A DNA stretch of 64,000 bases from Myxococcota bacterium (GCA_965223565.1 CBDCWV010000018.1:1094214-1158213); one strand, 5' to 3'. Numbered from the stretch's first letter, positions 17,455 through 26,163 are shown. The notes: generated by a model from the sequence alone, not told the origin. Program-made: numbers and translations.

Positions 17455-18606
17455 CTACCTCCCCAGGAGCAGCCCACTGTGGGGCACGCCCGCCGTTACG
17501 AGCGCGACTCGGGCGTCACGAACCGGATTGCTCGACGCACCGCGAATCTGCCGCACGGCCTCCAGGATGTGTCCCTGGCCATGCATGTAGGCCTCCGACA
17601 GATGTCCGCCGTGCGTGTTGACGGGGAGCTCCCCGTCGATCGAGATTCGACCATCGCGACAGAACTCCACGCCCTCTCCCTCGCCACAGAATCCATATGC
17701 CTCCAACTGCATCGCGACCTGTACCGAGAAGGCGTCGTAGAGGAGGGCGACGTCGACGTCCGAGGGAGCGAGGTCGGCGCTCGCGAAGAGCGCCGCGGCC
17801 GCAATCCGTGTCTCGTCGGCGTCGTAGATCCGCTCGCGCGCGAAGCCAGCGAAGAATCCCGCGTCCGGCCCGGTCGACATCGCCGCCGAGAGAATTCGCA
17901 CGGGCGTCTGTCGAAGGTCCCGCGCGCGCTCGCTCGACGTCACGACGAACGCGACCGCGCCGTCGCTCTCCATGCAGCAGTCGAAGAGTCGCAGCACGGG
18001 CTCGACGATCCATCGCGAGGCCTGGTAGTCGTCCAGCGACATCGGGGTGCGAAAGCGTGCGTGAGGATTCCGGCTCGCGTGCGCTCGCGAGGTCGTCGCG
18101 ATATGTCCCAGCGCCTCTCGCTCGATTCCGTAGTCGTGGAGGTAGCGATGGATCTGCAAGGAGCAGAACTGCGCGGGCACCATCATGCCGTAGGGCATCA
18201 CGTACCCGAGTGCCGCATCGTAGGTCCCGCCCAGATTCACGACATCCGTACCGAAGCGTGTTCCCGATCGCTCGTTGAGCGCGCGAAAGACGAGCACGTG
18301 CTTCGCCATGCCTGTCGCGACCGCCATCGCAGCGGTTTGAATGACCGCGCAGGCAGCTCCACCGCCATACCCCTGCTGCGCATAGAAGCTGAGGTTGGGG
18401 ATTCCGAGCATTCGAGCCAGCGCGACCTCCTCGGTCGAGTCGAGGTCGTATTTGACGATGCCGTCGATGTCTTCGACCGCGAGGCCCGTGTCCGCGATCG
18501 CGGTGAGTGACGCCTCGCACGCGAGCTGCTGCTCGGAGCGACCCGAGCTCGTGGAGAACTCCGTGTGGCCGATTCCGGCGATTGCGGCTCGAAGATCGAT
18601 TCCCAT
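17455..18606 (-). CDS. Thiolase-like (lipid-transfer-protein type) protein
   Basis: MGIDLRAAIAGIGHTEFSTSSGRSEQQLACEASLTAIADTGL...CCMESDGA...VNTHGGHLSEAYMHG. It is a paralog of 15848..17005. Confidence 0.9.
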   Translation of the reverse strand: MGIDLRAAIAGIGHTEFSTSSGRSEQQLACEASLTAIADTGLAVEDIDGIVKYDLDSTEEVALARMLGIPNLSFYAQQGYGGGAACAVIQTAAMAVATGMAKHVLVFRALNERSGTRFGTDVVNLGGTYDAALGYVMPYGMMVPAQFCSLQIHRYLHDYGIEREALGHIATTSRAHASRNPHARFRTPMSLDDYQASRWIVEPVLRLFDCCMESDGAVAFVVTSSERARDLRQTPVRILSAAMSTGPDAGFFAGFARERIYDADETRIAAAALFASADLAPSDVDVALLYDAFSVQVAMQLEAYGFCGEGEGVEFCRDGRISIDGELPVNTHGGHLSEAYMHGQGHILEAVRQIRGASSNPVRDARVALVTAGVPHSGLLLGR

Positions 18607-18617
18607 GTCGACGCCCT

Positions 18618-19280
18618 TCAGGATCGGCGATCCGGGATGCCCCGCGCCAGGACCGAGACCAGGTAATCGGTCAGCTTCTTGCGAGGCAGCACCTTCGATT
18701 GCGTCATCATCATGAGCGCTCCCAGGGTGAGCTGAAGTGCCGGCTCGGCGTTCGCCTCGGCCGGGAGATCACCGCGTTCGATCGCTCGCGCGAAGACCGA
18801 CCGCCAGCGTCTCGTCATCGGGTCGCCGTAGTTGGCCCTCACCTCCGTCTTGAGATCCGGGTTCGCCTGGAGCTCCGCCGAGAGCGCGGGGAATGCGCGC
18901 GCGACGTGGGGGCGGGTCATCTCCAGGACGAGCTCCTCCACGAGCTCGGCCAGATCGTCCTCGAACCGGCCCGTATCGGGGATGGGCCATTCGCCATAGT
19001 CGGAGAAGATCGCCTCTTCGACCAGCGGCGCACGATGGCCCCACCATTGGTAGATCGTCGTGCGGGAAGCGCCCGATCGTTTCGCGACGGCGTCGATGGT
19101 CACCCGGGTGTAGCCCACCTCGAGGATCAGCTCGCGTGTCGCCGCCAGGATGGCGGCATGTCGCTCGGCATTTCGAGGTCGCCCGCGGCGTCTGGCGGGC
19201 GCTTCTTGCGGCTGAGCCAGAGCCCGGGCCTCGCGGGTCTCGGCCAGACCGGATTTCGGCGGGGAGGTTGGCGTGGCCAT
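18618..19280 (-). CDS. TetR/AcrR-family transcriptional regulator
   Basis: HTH region RRRGRPRNAERHAAILAATRELILEVGYTRVTIDAVAKRSGASRTTIYQWW. It lies 11 nt upstream of the thiolase gene on the same strand. Confidence 0.9.
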   Translation of the reverse strand: MATPTSPPKSGLAETREARALAQPQEAPARRRGRPRNAERHAAILAATRELILEVGYTRVTIDAVAKRSGASRTTIYQWWGHRAPLVEEAIFSDYGEWPIPDTGRFEDDLAELVEELVLEMTRPHVARAFPALSAELQANPDLKTEVRANYGDPMTRRWRSVFARAIERGDLPAEANAEPALQLTLGALMMMTQSKVLPRKKLTDYLVSVLARGIPDRRS

Positions 19281-19281
19281 G

Positions 19282-19312
19282 CTATTTACTGTACAGTATG
19301 TACATTAAATAG
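19282..19312. promoter_or_regulatory. Composite palindromic operator candidate between tetR and the TauD-family gene
   Basis: CTATTTA-CTGTACAG-T-ATGTACAT-TAAATAG. The outer 7-nt arms are perfect inverted repeats. They enclose two perfect 8-bp palindromes that share a TGTACA core. This is the only strongly AT-rich patch in the 53-nt divergent intergenic region. Confidence 0.55.
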
Positions 19313-19333
19313 CAAGCCGGGGAGACGCCGTCC

Positions 19334-20299
19334 ATGCCACTCGAAGTCAAGCCTCTGGATCGAGTCGGGGTCGAGGTGGTCGGGTTCGACATCGGTGCGC
19401 CGATCGATGACGAGACGAAGGACGAGCTGAAGTCGCTCTGGTACGAGCACGCGATCCTGCTCTTTCGCGACCAGCAGATCGACCCGCCCCGGCAGATCGC
19501 GTTCAGCCGGATCTTCGGCTCCCTCGAGAAACATCCCCTCGAAGTGACGCGTTCCGTCGAGTACCCCGAGCTCTTCGTGCTCGAGAACGGTGGCGAGAGC
19601 GATGCCTTCCAGACGGCCTACTACGGCGGAGAGGCCATCGTCGGCCGCCTGGACTGGCACAGGGACCTGAACTACACGAGCCGCCCGAACCACGGCGCGG
19701 TTCTACGGGCCGTGCGGATCGCCGACGGGGGCGGGCTCACGGGCTTCGGCGACCTGGCGCTCGCCTACGAAGCCCTCGACGAAGCGACCAGGGAACAGAT
19801 CTCCAGGCTCGAGGTCGCCTATCGATTCAACATGGAGAGGCGGAAGATGCGGTTCGTCGATACGACGGACTACGAGCCGGGCCCGGGTAGCCCGCTCGAG
19901 CCCGCCGATATCGGCTTCCCCGACTTTCCCGATGCGATCTATCCCGCGGTGCTCGTGCATCCCGTCTCCGGTCGCAAGTCACTCGGGGTCGTGGAGCAGT
20001 TTCTCGACCGTGTGGTCGAGCCGGAGAAGGCGGCGTTGACCGCGGGCGAAGCGGACGCGCTCTTGCGTCGTCTGATCTCGCACACGCGAAGGCCCGAGTT
20101 CCACTACTTCCACGAGTGGAGGCCAGGCGACGTGATCCTCTGGGACAACTGGCGCGCCATGCATTGCGCGACCGGTACGAAGCCCGGTGTCCGACGAACG
20201 ATCAACCGCACGACGATCGAGGCAGACAGGCCGCTCGGACGGCCCCTCGAACCGTCGGTCGAGGACGGAGCTCGTGTTCGGCGCCAGGCCGCGGGGTAG
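19334..20299 (+). CDS. TauD/TfdA-family Fe(II)/2-oxoglutarate-dependent dioxygenase
   Basis: 321 aa with LDWHRDLNY (HxD), ...WDNWRAMHCATG, and R near the C-terminus. GGGGAG Shine-Dalgarno. Confidence 0.9.
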   Translation: MPLEVKPLDRVGVEVVGFDIGAPIDDETKDELKSLWYEHAILLFRDQQIDPPRQIAFSRIFGSLEKHPLEVTRSVEYPELFVLENGGESDAFQTAYYGGEAIVGRLDWHRDLNYTSRPNHGAVLRAVRIADGGGLTGFGDLALAYEALDEATREQISRLEVAYRFNMERRKMRFVDTTDYEPGPGSPLEPADIGFPDFPDAIYPAVLVHPVSGRKSLGVVEQFLDRVVEPEKAALTAGEADALLRRLISHTRRPEFHYFHEWRPGDVILWDNWRAMHCATGTKPGVRRTINRTTIEADRPLGRPLEPSVEDGARVRRQAAG

Positions 20300-20303
20300 A
20301 GCC

Positions 20304-21179
20304 ATGGTAGACGAGAAGAAGTCACGAAAGTTCACGGACGAAGAGCTCGATGCCGTGATCGAGAAATGTCGAGCCGTCGATTCGATCGGCGCCCTGGGCT
20401 CCGAACGCGTGTATCGCTTCCTCACGCAGTACTTCTCGACGACGGTCGTGGGTCTCGAGAACCTGCCGAAGGAGCCGACCCTCTTCGTCGGCAACCACTC
20501 GCTCTTCGGTCTCGACGGATGGATTCTGATGCCCACCCTCTATCACGAAACCGGACGATTCGTTCGCGCGATGGGAGACAATGCGTGGCTCGCGTTCGCC
20601 GGCGTCGGCGACACGCTGATTCGAAACGGGATGATCCTCGCGCATCCACGAGCCTGCGCTGCGATGATGGAGGACGGCCACGACCTGCTCGTCTTTCCGG
20701 GCGGAGCGGCAGAGTCCAACAAATCGGCCGCGGAGAAATATTCGCTGCAGTGGCGCGAGCGATACGGCTTCGTTCGGCTGGCTGCCGAGCATGGCTACGA
20801 CATCACCCCGTTCGGGCTCGTGGGACCCGATGACTTCTACGATCATCTCGTCGAGGGGGATGAGCTGATGCAGACTCCTTTCGGGAGCCTCCTCCGCTGG
20901 CTCGGAGTGGATACGGAGAGCCTGCGAGAGGACATCATTCCGCCCGTGCCACGAGGCGTGTTTTCGAGCCTGCTCCCGAAGCCTCAACATTGCTACCTCG
21001 CGTTCGGGGCGCCGGTCGAGATGCCCGACTATCGAGGTAGGAATCTGCCCGAGAAGCTGCAGCGGTCTCTCCGCGGCGAAGTGGCCGGCCGGGTCGAGGC
21101 GCTGATTCGCGACATGTTGTTGCTGCGCACGCAAGAGCGGCAGGACGAGGGATGGCTGAGGCGCATGCTGACCCGCTGA
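20304..21179 (+). CDS. Lysophospholipid/glycerolipid acyltransferase-family protein
   Basis: The internal ATG at 20304 gives MVDEKKSRKF... Contains FVGNHSLFGLDG (acyltransferase His/Asp block) and VFPGGAAE. Confidence 0.75.
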   Translation: MVDEKKSRKFTDEELDAVIEKCRAVDSIGALGSERVYRFLTQYFSTTVVGLENLPKEPTLFVGNHSLFGLDGWILMPTLYHETGRFVRAMGDNAWLAFAGVGDTLIRNGMILAHPRACAAMMEDGHDLLVFPGGAAESNKSAAEKYSLQWRERYGFVRLAAEHGYDITPFGLVGPDDFYDHLVEGDELMQTPFGSLLRWLGVDTESLREDIIPPVPRGVFSSLLPKPQHCYLAFGAPVEMPDYRGRNLPEKLQRSLRGEVAGRVEALIRDMLLLRTQERQDEGWLRRMLTR

Positions 21180-21206
21180 GCTGGATCGGATTCGGCTCGC
21201 TCCGGC

Positions 21207-23378
21207 TCAGTCGCGCTCCAGACGTGCCTCGGCTTTGCGCTCGTCGTAGAGCCGATTCGCCTCGGCGAGAACGTATTGCCTGATCGCTTCCGCCTGGGCG
21301 GGCGTCACGTACTTCTCGAAGCCGACCATGCCGTTCTGCGCGAGGACGCCGTCGACCACGATCTGTTGCCAGATGGCGTGGATCTCGGGCGGCGAGTAGC
21401 GCAGGTCGGGCGTGAGTCCGCCCGTGCGTAGTCCGTCGCCATGGCAGTAGGCGCATTGGCGCTGGTAGATCTCTCGGCCCTCGGCCACGACCTCGGCACT
21501 CCCCTCCGCGGGCGCGGGGCGGGGGAGGGGGCGCGGTGCCGTCACGACTTCGGGGAGCGTCGCGTCGCCGCCGAGCGCGAACACGAGCACCCGCGGAATC
21601 GACTCGATCTTCCATCCGTGTGCGACCACGCCGCCCTCCGCGGCGAAGCCCCCGCCGAATCCGACGGCGATCGCGACGTATTGGCGACCGGCCACGGAAT
21701 ACGTGATCGGCGCCGCCATCGCGGCCGTCTGGGTCTCGTGCGACCAGAGATCCTCACCGGTCGCCGCGTCATAGGCGTGGAGTCGACCGTCGTGGCCGCC
21801 CTGGAAGACGAGGCCGCCCGCCGTCGAGAGCGTGCCGCCGCCCGTCGGCCGACCGACGGGGCCCTTCCAACGCGCTGCCTGGGCGATGGGGTCCCAGGCG
21901 ATGAGCCGACCACTGAAGGACTCCTCGAGGATCCGGTCGACCTCCACTTCGGGCAGTGGTGGCGGCGCGGATCCCATCCGGTCGAAGCCCGTATTCCAAT
22001 AGCCACCGTCGGGCAGGCGATCCCGCGCTCGTGTCGGCTCCTTGAACGTCGCGGGAAAGACCATCGTCGGTATGAAGACGAGCCCCGTTTCCGGATCGAA
22101 GGACATCGGCGGCCAGTTGTGTCCGCCCCCATTGCTCGGGACGACGACGCGTTTGCCGTCGAAGCGGCGCGCATCGGGCGCTTCGGTCGGACGTCCCGTG
22201 ACGGGGTCGATTCCGGTCGCCCAGTTGACCACGGTGTAGGGCGCGGCCGAGATCAGCTCGCCGGTCGCGCGATCGAGCACGTAGAAGAAGCCGTTCTTCG
22301 GCGCCTGCATCAAGACCTTGCGCTGGGCGCCGTCGATCACGAGATCTGCCAGCATCATGTGCTGCGTCGCCGTGAAATCCCAGGTCTCTCCCGGCGTCGT
22401 CTGGTAGTGCCAGACGTATTCGCCCGTCTGCGCACGCAGCGCGACGATCGAGGCGAGGAAGAGGTTGTCACCGCCCCCGGGACTGCGCAGCTTCTGGTTC
22501 CAGGGCGATCCGTTCCCGACGCCGATATATAGAAGGTCGAGCTCCGGGTCGTAGGTGATCGCGTCCCAGACGGTTCCGCCTCCACCCCATTTCCACCACT
22601 CCCCGCTCCACGTCCTGGCTGCACGCTCCATCGCGGCGTTCTCGAAGCCACGTGCGGGATCGCCGGGGACGGTGTGGAAGCGCCAGGCTCGTTCTCCGGT
22701 CGTTGCATCGTAGGCCGTGACGTATCCGCGTACGCCGAGCTCGGCGCCGCCATTGCCGATCACGATCAGGTTTCCCGCCACCCGTGGTGCGCCCGTGATC
22801 GTATAGGGTTGGTCGCGGTCCGTCGTCTGGACGTCCCAGAGAACCGAGCCCGAGTCAGCATCGAGCGCGACCAGACGCCCGTCGTAGGTGCCGACGAAGA
22901 TCCGGCCTGCGTGGTGAGCCACGCCCCGATTCACGGCGTCGCAACACCCCTTCGCCAGGAAGGACCGTGGCACTTCCGGATCGTATTTCCATCGCAGCGC
23001 GCCGGAGGCCGCATCCAGTGCGTAGACGACGGACCACGAGCTCGTCACATAGAGCACACCGTCGACGACGAGCGGTGTCGCCTCGACACCGCGGGATGTA
23101 TGGAGGTCGAACGACCAGACGAGTCCCAGGTCAGCGACGTTCGTCTCGTCGATCTGAGCGAGCCGGGCGTGACGCTGCTCGGCCCGATCGAGGCCGTGGT
23201 GCGGCCAGTCGACGTCTCTCGTCGACGCGGCCCGTCCGATCTGACGTGTAGCCTCGGCGCGATCGCCATCGGTCCCGGCACAGGCGATCGAAGAGGCAGC
23301 GGCGGAGATGAAGAGCAATCGAATGAGTCGCTGCACGCCGGACGCTCCTGGTAAACGAGAAGTGCGAACGGCGCGCAT
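21207..23378 (-). CDS. PQQ-dependent quinohemoprotein (type II) alcohol/aldehyde dehydrogenase
   Basis: Signal peptide. Repeated W-containing propeller blades (WSFDL, LRWKYD, VLWDV, RAWRFH, YVWHYQ...). C-terminal cytochrome c domain with CAYCHG. Confidence 0.9.
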   Translation of the reverse strand: MRAVRTSRLPGASGVQRLIRLLFISAAASSIACAGTDGDRAEATRQIGRAASTRDVDWPHHGLDRAEQRHARLAQIDETNVADLGLVWSFDLHTSRGVEATPLVVDGVLYVTSSWSVVYALDAASGALRWKYDPEVPRSFLAKGCCDAVNRGVAHHAGRIFVGTYDGRLVALDADSGSVLWDVQTTDRDQPYTITGAPRVAGNLIVIGNGGAELGVRGYVTAYDATTGERAWRFHTVPGDPARGFENAAMERAARTWSGEWWKWGGGGTVWDAITYDPELDLLYIGVGNGSPWNQKLRSPGGGDNLFLASIVALRAQTGEYVWHYQTTPGETWDFTATQHMMLADLVIDGAQRKVLMQAPKNGFFYVLDRATGELISAAPYTVVNWATGIDPVTGRPTEAPDARRFDGKRVVVPSNGGGHNWPPMSFDPETGLVFIPTMVFPATFKEPTRARDRLPDGGYWNTGFDRMGSAPPPLPEVEVDRILEESFSGRLIAWDPIAQAARWKGPVGRPTGGGTLSTAGGLVFQGGHDGRLHAYDAATGEDLWSHETQTAAMAAPITYSVAGRQYVAIAVGFGGGFAAEGGVVAHGWKIESIPRVLVFALGGDATLPEVVTAPRPLPRPAPAEGSAEVVAEGREIYQRQCAYCHGDGLRTGGLTPDLRYSPPEIHAIWQQIVVDGVLAQNGMVGFEKYVTPAQAEAIRQYVLAEANRLYDERKAEARLERD

Positions 23379-23382
23379 TGTA

Positions 23383-24195
23383 TCATCGCCCTGCATCCTC
23401 GATCGGATGGAAGATCGACTGATCGCGATTCGCATACCACGCCTGGATGTACTCCCAGGCTTCGTGCGCCGTCTCCGCGAAGGCGAAGAGCGAGCGGTCC
23501 GTGGCGTCGATCATCCCTTCTTCGACCAGAAAATCGAAGTCGATGGCGCGTCGCCAGAACGACTCGCCCACCAGAACGACGGGGATCGGTGCGAGCTTGC
23601 CGGTCTGGATCAGGCAGAGCGTCTCGAACAACTCATCGAGGGTGCCGTAGCCACCCGGAAGCGCGACGAGTGCGCGGGCGCGCAGCATGAAGTGCAGCTT
23701 TCGGAGACCGAAGTAGCGGAACTGGAAGCTCAGATCGGGCGTGATGTAGGGGTTGGGTAGCTGCTCGTGTGGCAGCATGATGTTCAGTCCGACCGATGCG
23801 GCACCGACCTCGGAGGCGCCGCGGTTGGCGGCCTCCATTCCGCCCGGTCCACCGCCGGTGACGACCACGAGACGGTTGTCGCCGGCGCCGTCTCCGAAGC
23901 GGCCGATGATGCGTCCGAGCTCACGACCGACCTCGTAGTAGCGACTGCGTGCGAGGGCGGCGCGGGCACGCGCGCGGGCTACGTCGTCTCGTGTATCCAG
24001 CTGCTCGAGCCGTTTGCGAGCGGTGTCGGGGTCGAGCAGCTGCGTGCTGCCGAAGACGACGATCGTGTGGACGATGCCATGATCGACGAAGGCGAGCTCG
24101 GGCTTCAAATACTCGAGCTGTAGCCGGATCGGCCTGAGCTCGGGCCGCGCGAGCAGCGAGAGATCGAGGTCCGCGCGCAGATGGGATCGCGGCAT
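23383..24195 (-). CDS. LOG/TIGR00730-family Rossmann-fold nucleotide-binding protein
   Basis: VVTGGGPGGMEAANRGA and PGGYGTLDELFE motifs. The stop lies 4 nt from the PQQ dehydrogenase start. Confidence 0.85.
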   Translation of the reverse strand: MPRSHLRADLDLSLLARPELRPIRLQLEYLKPELAFVDHGIVHTIVVFGSTQLLDPDTARKRLEQLDTRDDVARARARAALARSRYYEVGRELGRIIGRFGDGAGDNRLVVVTGGGPGGMEAANRGASEVGAASVGLNIMLPHEQLPNPYITPDLSFQFRYFGLRKLHFMLRARALVALPGGYGTLDELFETLCLIQTGKLAPIPVVLVGESFWRRAIDFDFLVEEGMIDATDRSLFAFAETAHEAWEYIQAWYANRDQSIFHPIEDAGR

Positions 24196-24209
24196 CCGGA
24201 TCGGGCGTG

Positions 24210-24578
24210 TCAGGATGCGCCAGCGCCAGCACCAGCGCACTGCGCGCAGCGCACCGCAGTCGGTTGCGCGCGAAGGCGCGCGATCGAGATCGACTCGCCA
24301 CAGCCCGCACAGCTTCCGTACGAGCCGACCTTCATTCGATCGAGCGCGTGGTCGATCGCAACGAGCTCTCGGCGGCCGCGTTCATCGAGCGCATCCAGTG
24401 CCTCGTCGTTCTCCCGCTGGACCGCTTGATCGGCGAAGTCCGGCGACAGCGGTGCATTCTGTCGCCGCCGATCGGTGCGGATCGCGTCCAGTCGGCGCTG
24501 CCATTGGCCGCGCGTCTCCTCGAGCGCTGCACGGGCTTCTTGCAGGAATTCCTGATCGAGGGACTCGGACTGCGTCAC
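24210..24578 (-). CDS. TraR/DksA-family C4 zinc-finger protein
   Basis: 122 aa with the C-terminal CAGCGESISIARLRAQPTAVRCAQC. The GTG start overlaps the Usp stop (GTGA). Confidence 0.85.
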   Translation of the reverse strand: MTQSESLDQEFLQEARAALEETRGQWQRRLDAIRTDRRRQNAPLSPDFADQAVQRENDEALDALDERGRRELVAIDHALDRMKVGSYGSCAGCGESISIARLRAQPTAVRCAQCAGAGAGAS

Positions 24579-25471
24579 AGCACATCTCCTTGCTTGGTCG
24601 TCAAGACGGGGCAGGGTGCGACGCGGAGTGTGCGCTCCGCGACACTTCCGAGAAAGACGTGCTTGAGGCCGGTGTTGCCACGTGTGCCCATGACGATCAA
24701 GTCCGCACCGATTCGTTCTGCTTCGCGGCTGACGACCTCGGATGCAAATCCCTCTTCCAGGTGGGACTCGACGTCGATGTCCGCCTCGCTGAAAGACTTC
24801 ACTGCCTCGTCGAGCCGGCTCCGAGCGTCGTCGCGAAGCGGTCCGACGAGGTCGACCGTCGGCGCAATTTCATAGGGACCGAACAGCTGTGCCGGAACCG
24901 AGAAGGCATGGACGATGTCGACTCCGGCCCCGAACCGACTCGCGAGACCCAGTGCGACGAGTGCCGCCTGGGCCGAGTGGACAGAAAAATCCGTGGCGAA
25001 CAAGATGCGACGAGGCGGAGCGCTCGTATCGGCTTCGCTCTCCTTGACGACCATGATCGGGCAATCGATCGCTCGCAAGGTGCGTGCGGCCACGCTCCCG
25101 AGGAGCGCGTCCAGGCGACCGCGGTCGCCATGCGTACCCATCACGACGAGGTTCGCGGAGAGGCGCTCCACGACGGCCTCGATGGCAGGCAGCGGATCGG
25201 AGTCCGCCAGCTCGCTCGAGAGCGAGCGGCCGGGGCCAGCCAGCTCGCCTTCGAGCGCTTCCAGCCGAGCGCGAGCCTGGTTGTGAACCGTGGCCCAGGC
25301 CCCGCGCGGAAGGCTCGATTCCGAGTAGGTTCCGACGATCGGAAAGCGAAGGGCATGGAGCAGATGGACCGGCGCCTCGAAGGCCTCGCCCAGACAGACG
25401 GCCTGGTCTGCGGCGGCGCGAGACGAGTCAGAGAAATCGACGGGGACCACGATCTGTCTGGGTGTGTACAC
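24575..25471 (-). CDS. Tandem-domain universal stress protein (UspA family)
   Basis: 298 aa with two Usp halves (IVVPVDFSDSS... and ILFATDFSVHS...), each ending with a G-x2-G-x9-GSV-like ATP motif (MGTHGDRG...LLGSVA; MGTRGNTG...FLGSVA). Confidence 0.9.
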   Translation of the reverse strand: MYTPRQIVVPVDFSDSSRAAADQAVCLGEAFEAPVHLLHALRFPIVGTYSESSLPRGAWATVHNQARARLEALEGELAGPGRSLSSELADSDPLPAIEAVVERLSANLVVMGTHGDRGRLDALLGSVAARTLRAIDCPIMVVKESEADTSAPPRRILFATDFSVHSAQAALVALGLASRFGAGVDIVHAFSVPAQLFGPYEIAPTVDLVGPLRDDARSRLDEAVKSFSEADIDVESHLEEGFASEVVSREAERIGADLIVMGTRGNTGLKHVFLGSVAERTLRVAPCPVLTTKQGDVL

Positions 25472-25608
25472 GACCGACTCTCCTACGGGACCGATCTGTC
25501 TTCAGCAACTCGCATGCCAAACTCGTACCCGCGTGGCGCTCTAACGTACCCCTTCTCGAGGTCTTGGGCCCCTGATCGAGACGGGATGTCTCACTTCGAG
25601 GTTTCAAG

Positions 25609-26163
25609 TCAATCAGATTGCCGACTCGTGTCGCTCAGCTTCTCGATCACCTCGTCGACCAGGGGCGCGAGCTTCTCCTCGACTGCTGCGTCCGATCGAT
25701 CGAGATAGTTGGATGGAACCACGATGAGCGGCAGGTCCGGCAGGCCGTGCAGGCGCGCGTGGGTACGCGCGGCCTGCTCGAAGGGCTCGGTCACGAAGGT
25801 CAAACTCGGTGTTCCCTGCCGCTCGAGCTGGATCGCGTCGAGCAAACTGCCCGACGTGCAGGAGCCTCATTTGGCGAGTCCGTTGATGACGCCGTGGTAG
25901 CCGACGAAGCGGGCGATCGTGTCGCTCTCCGCGGGGCGCGAGAGCACGGGCTTGATCTCGCGATGGAAATCCGTGACGCCGAGGCGATCGCGCAAGGCGC
26001 GTTCGAGGACGCGGGTATAGCCCGGAAAGTGCGGCCCGGTCATGTGCTCGGGCTCGTTGCTGAGAAAGCCGATACGACGGAGCTCACTCGGCTCCGAAAC
26101 GCGGCGGGCAAGTCGAATCGCTGCCGCTTCGTCACGGCCTCGCGGATCGATCAGCTCGATCAT
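25609..26163 (-). CDS. Candidate selenoprotein (UGSC-type): one gene read through an in-frame TGA at 25867..25869
   Basis: Track ORFs 25867..26163 and 25609..25845 are in the same frame and separated only by TGA plus 7 sense codons. The junction reads ...YHGVINGLAK-U-GSCTSGSLLDAIQLE... (a UxxC redox-type motif). GC-rich third positions continue across the TGA. The downstream piece has no ATG or Shine-Dalgarno of its own. The start overlaps the upstream gene stop (ATGA). Confidence 0.65.
25821..25866 (-). promoter_or_regulatory. Candidate SECIS region immediately 3' of the in-frame UGA
   Basis: The mRNA after the UGA contains CUGC-ACGUCGG-GCAG (25861..25847) and GCUCGA-CGCGAUCCAGC-UCGAGC (25843..25821). 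These hairpins were identified by eye only and were not folded computationally. Confidence 0.3.
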
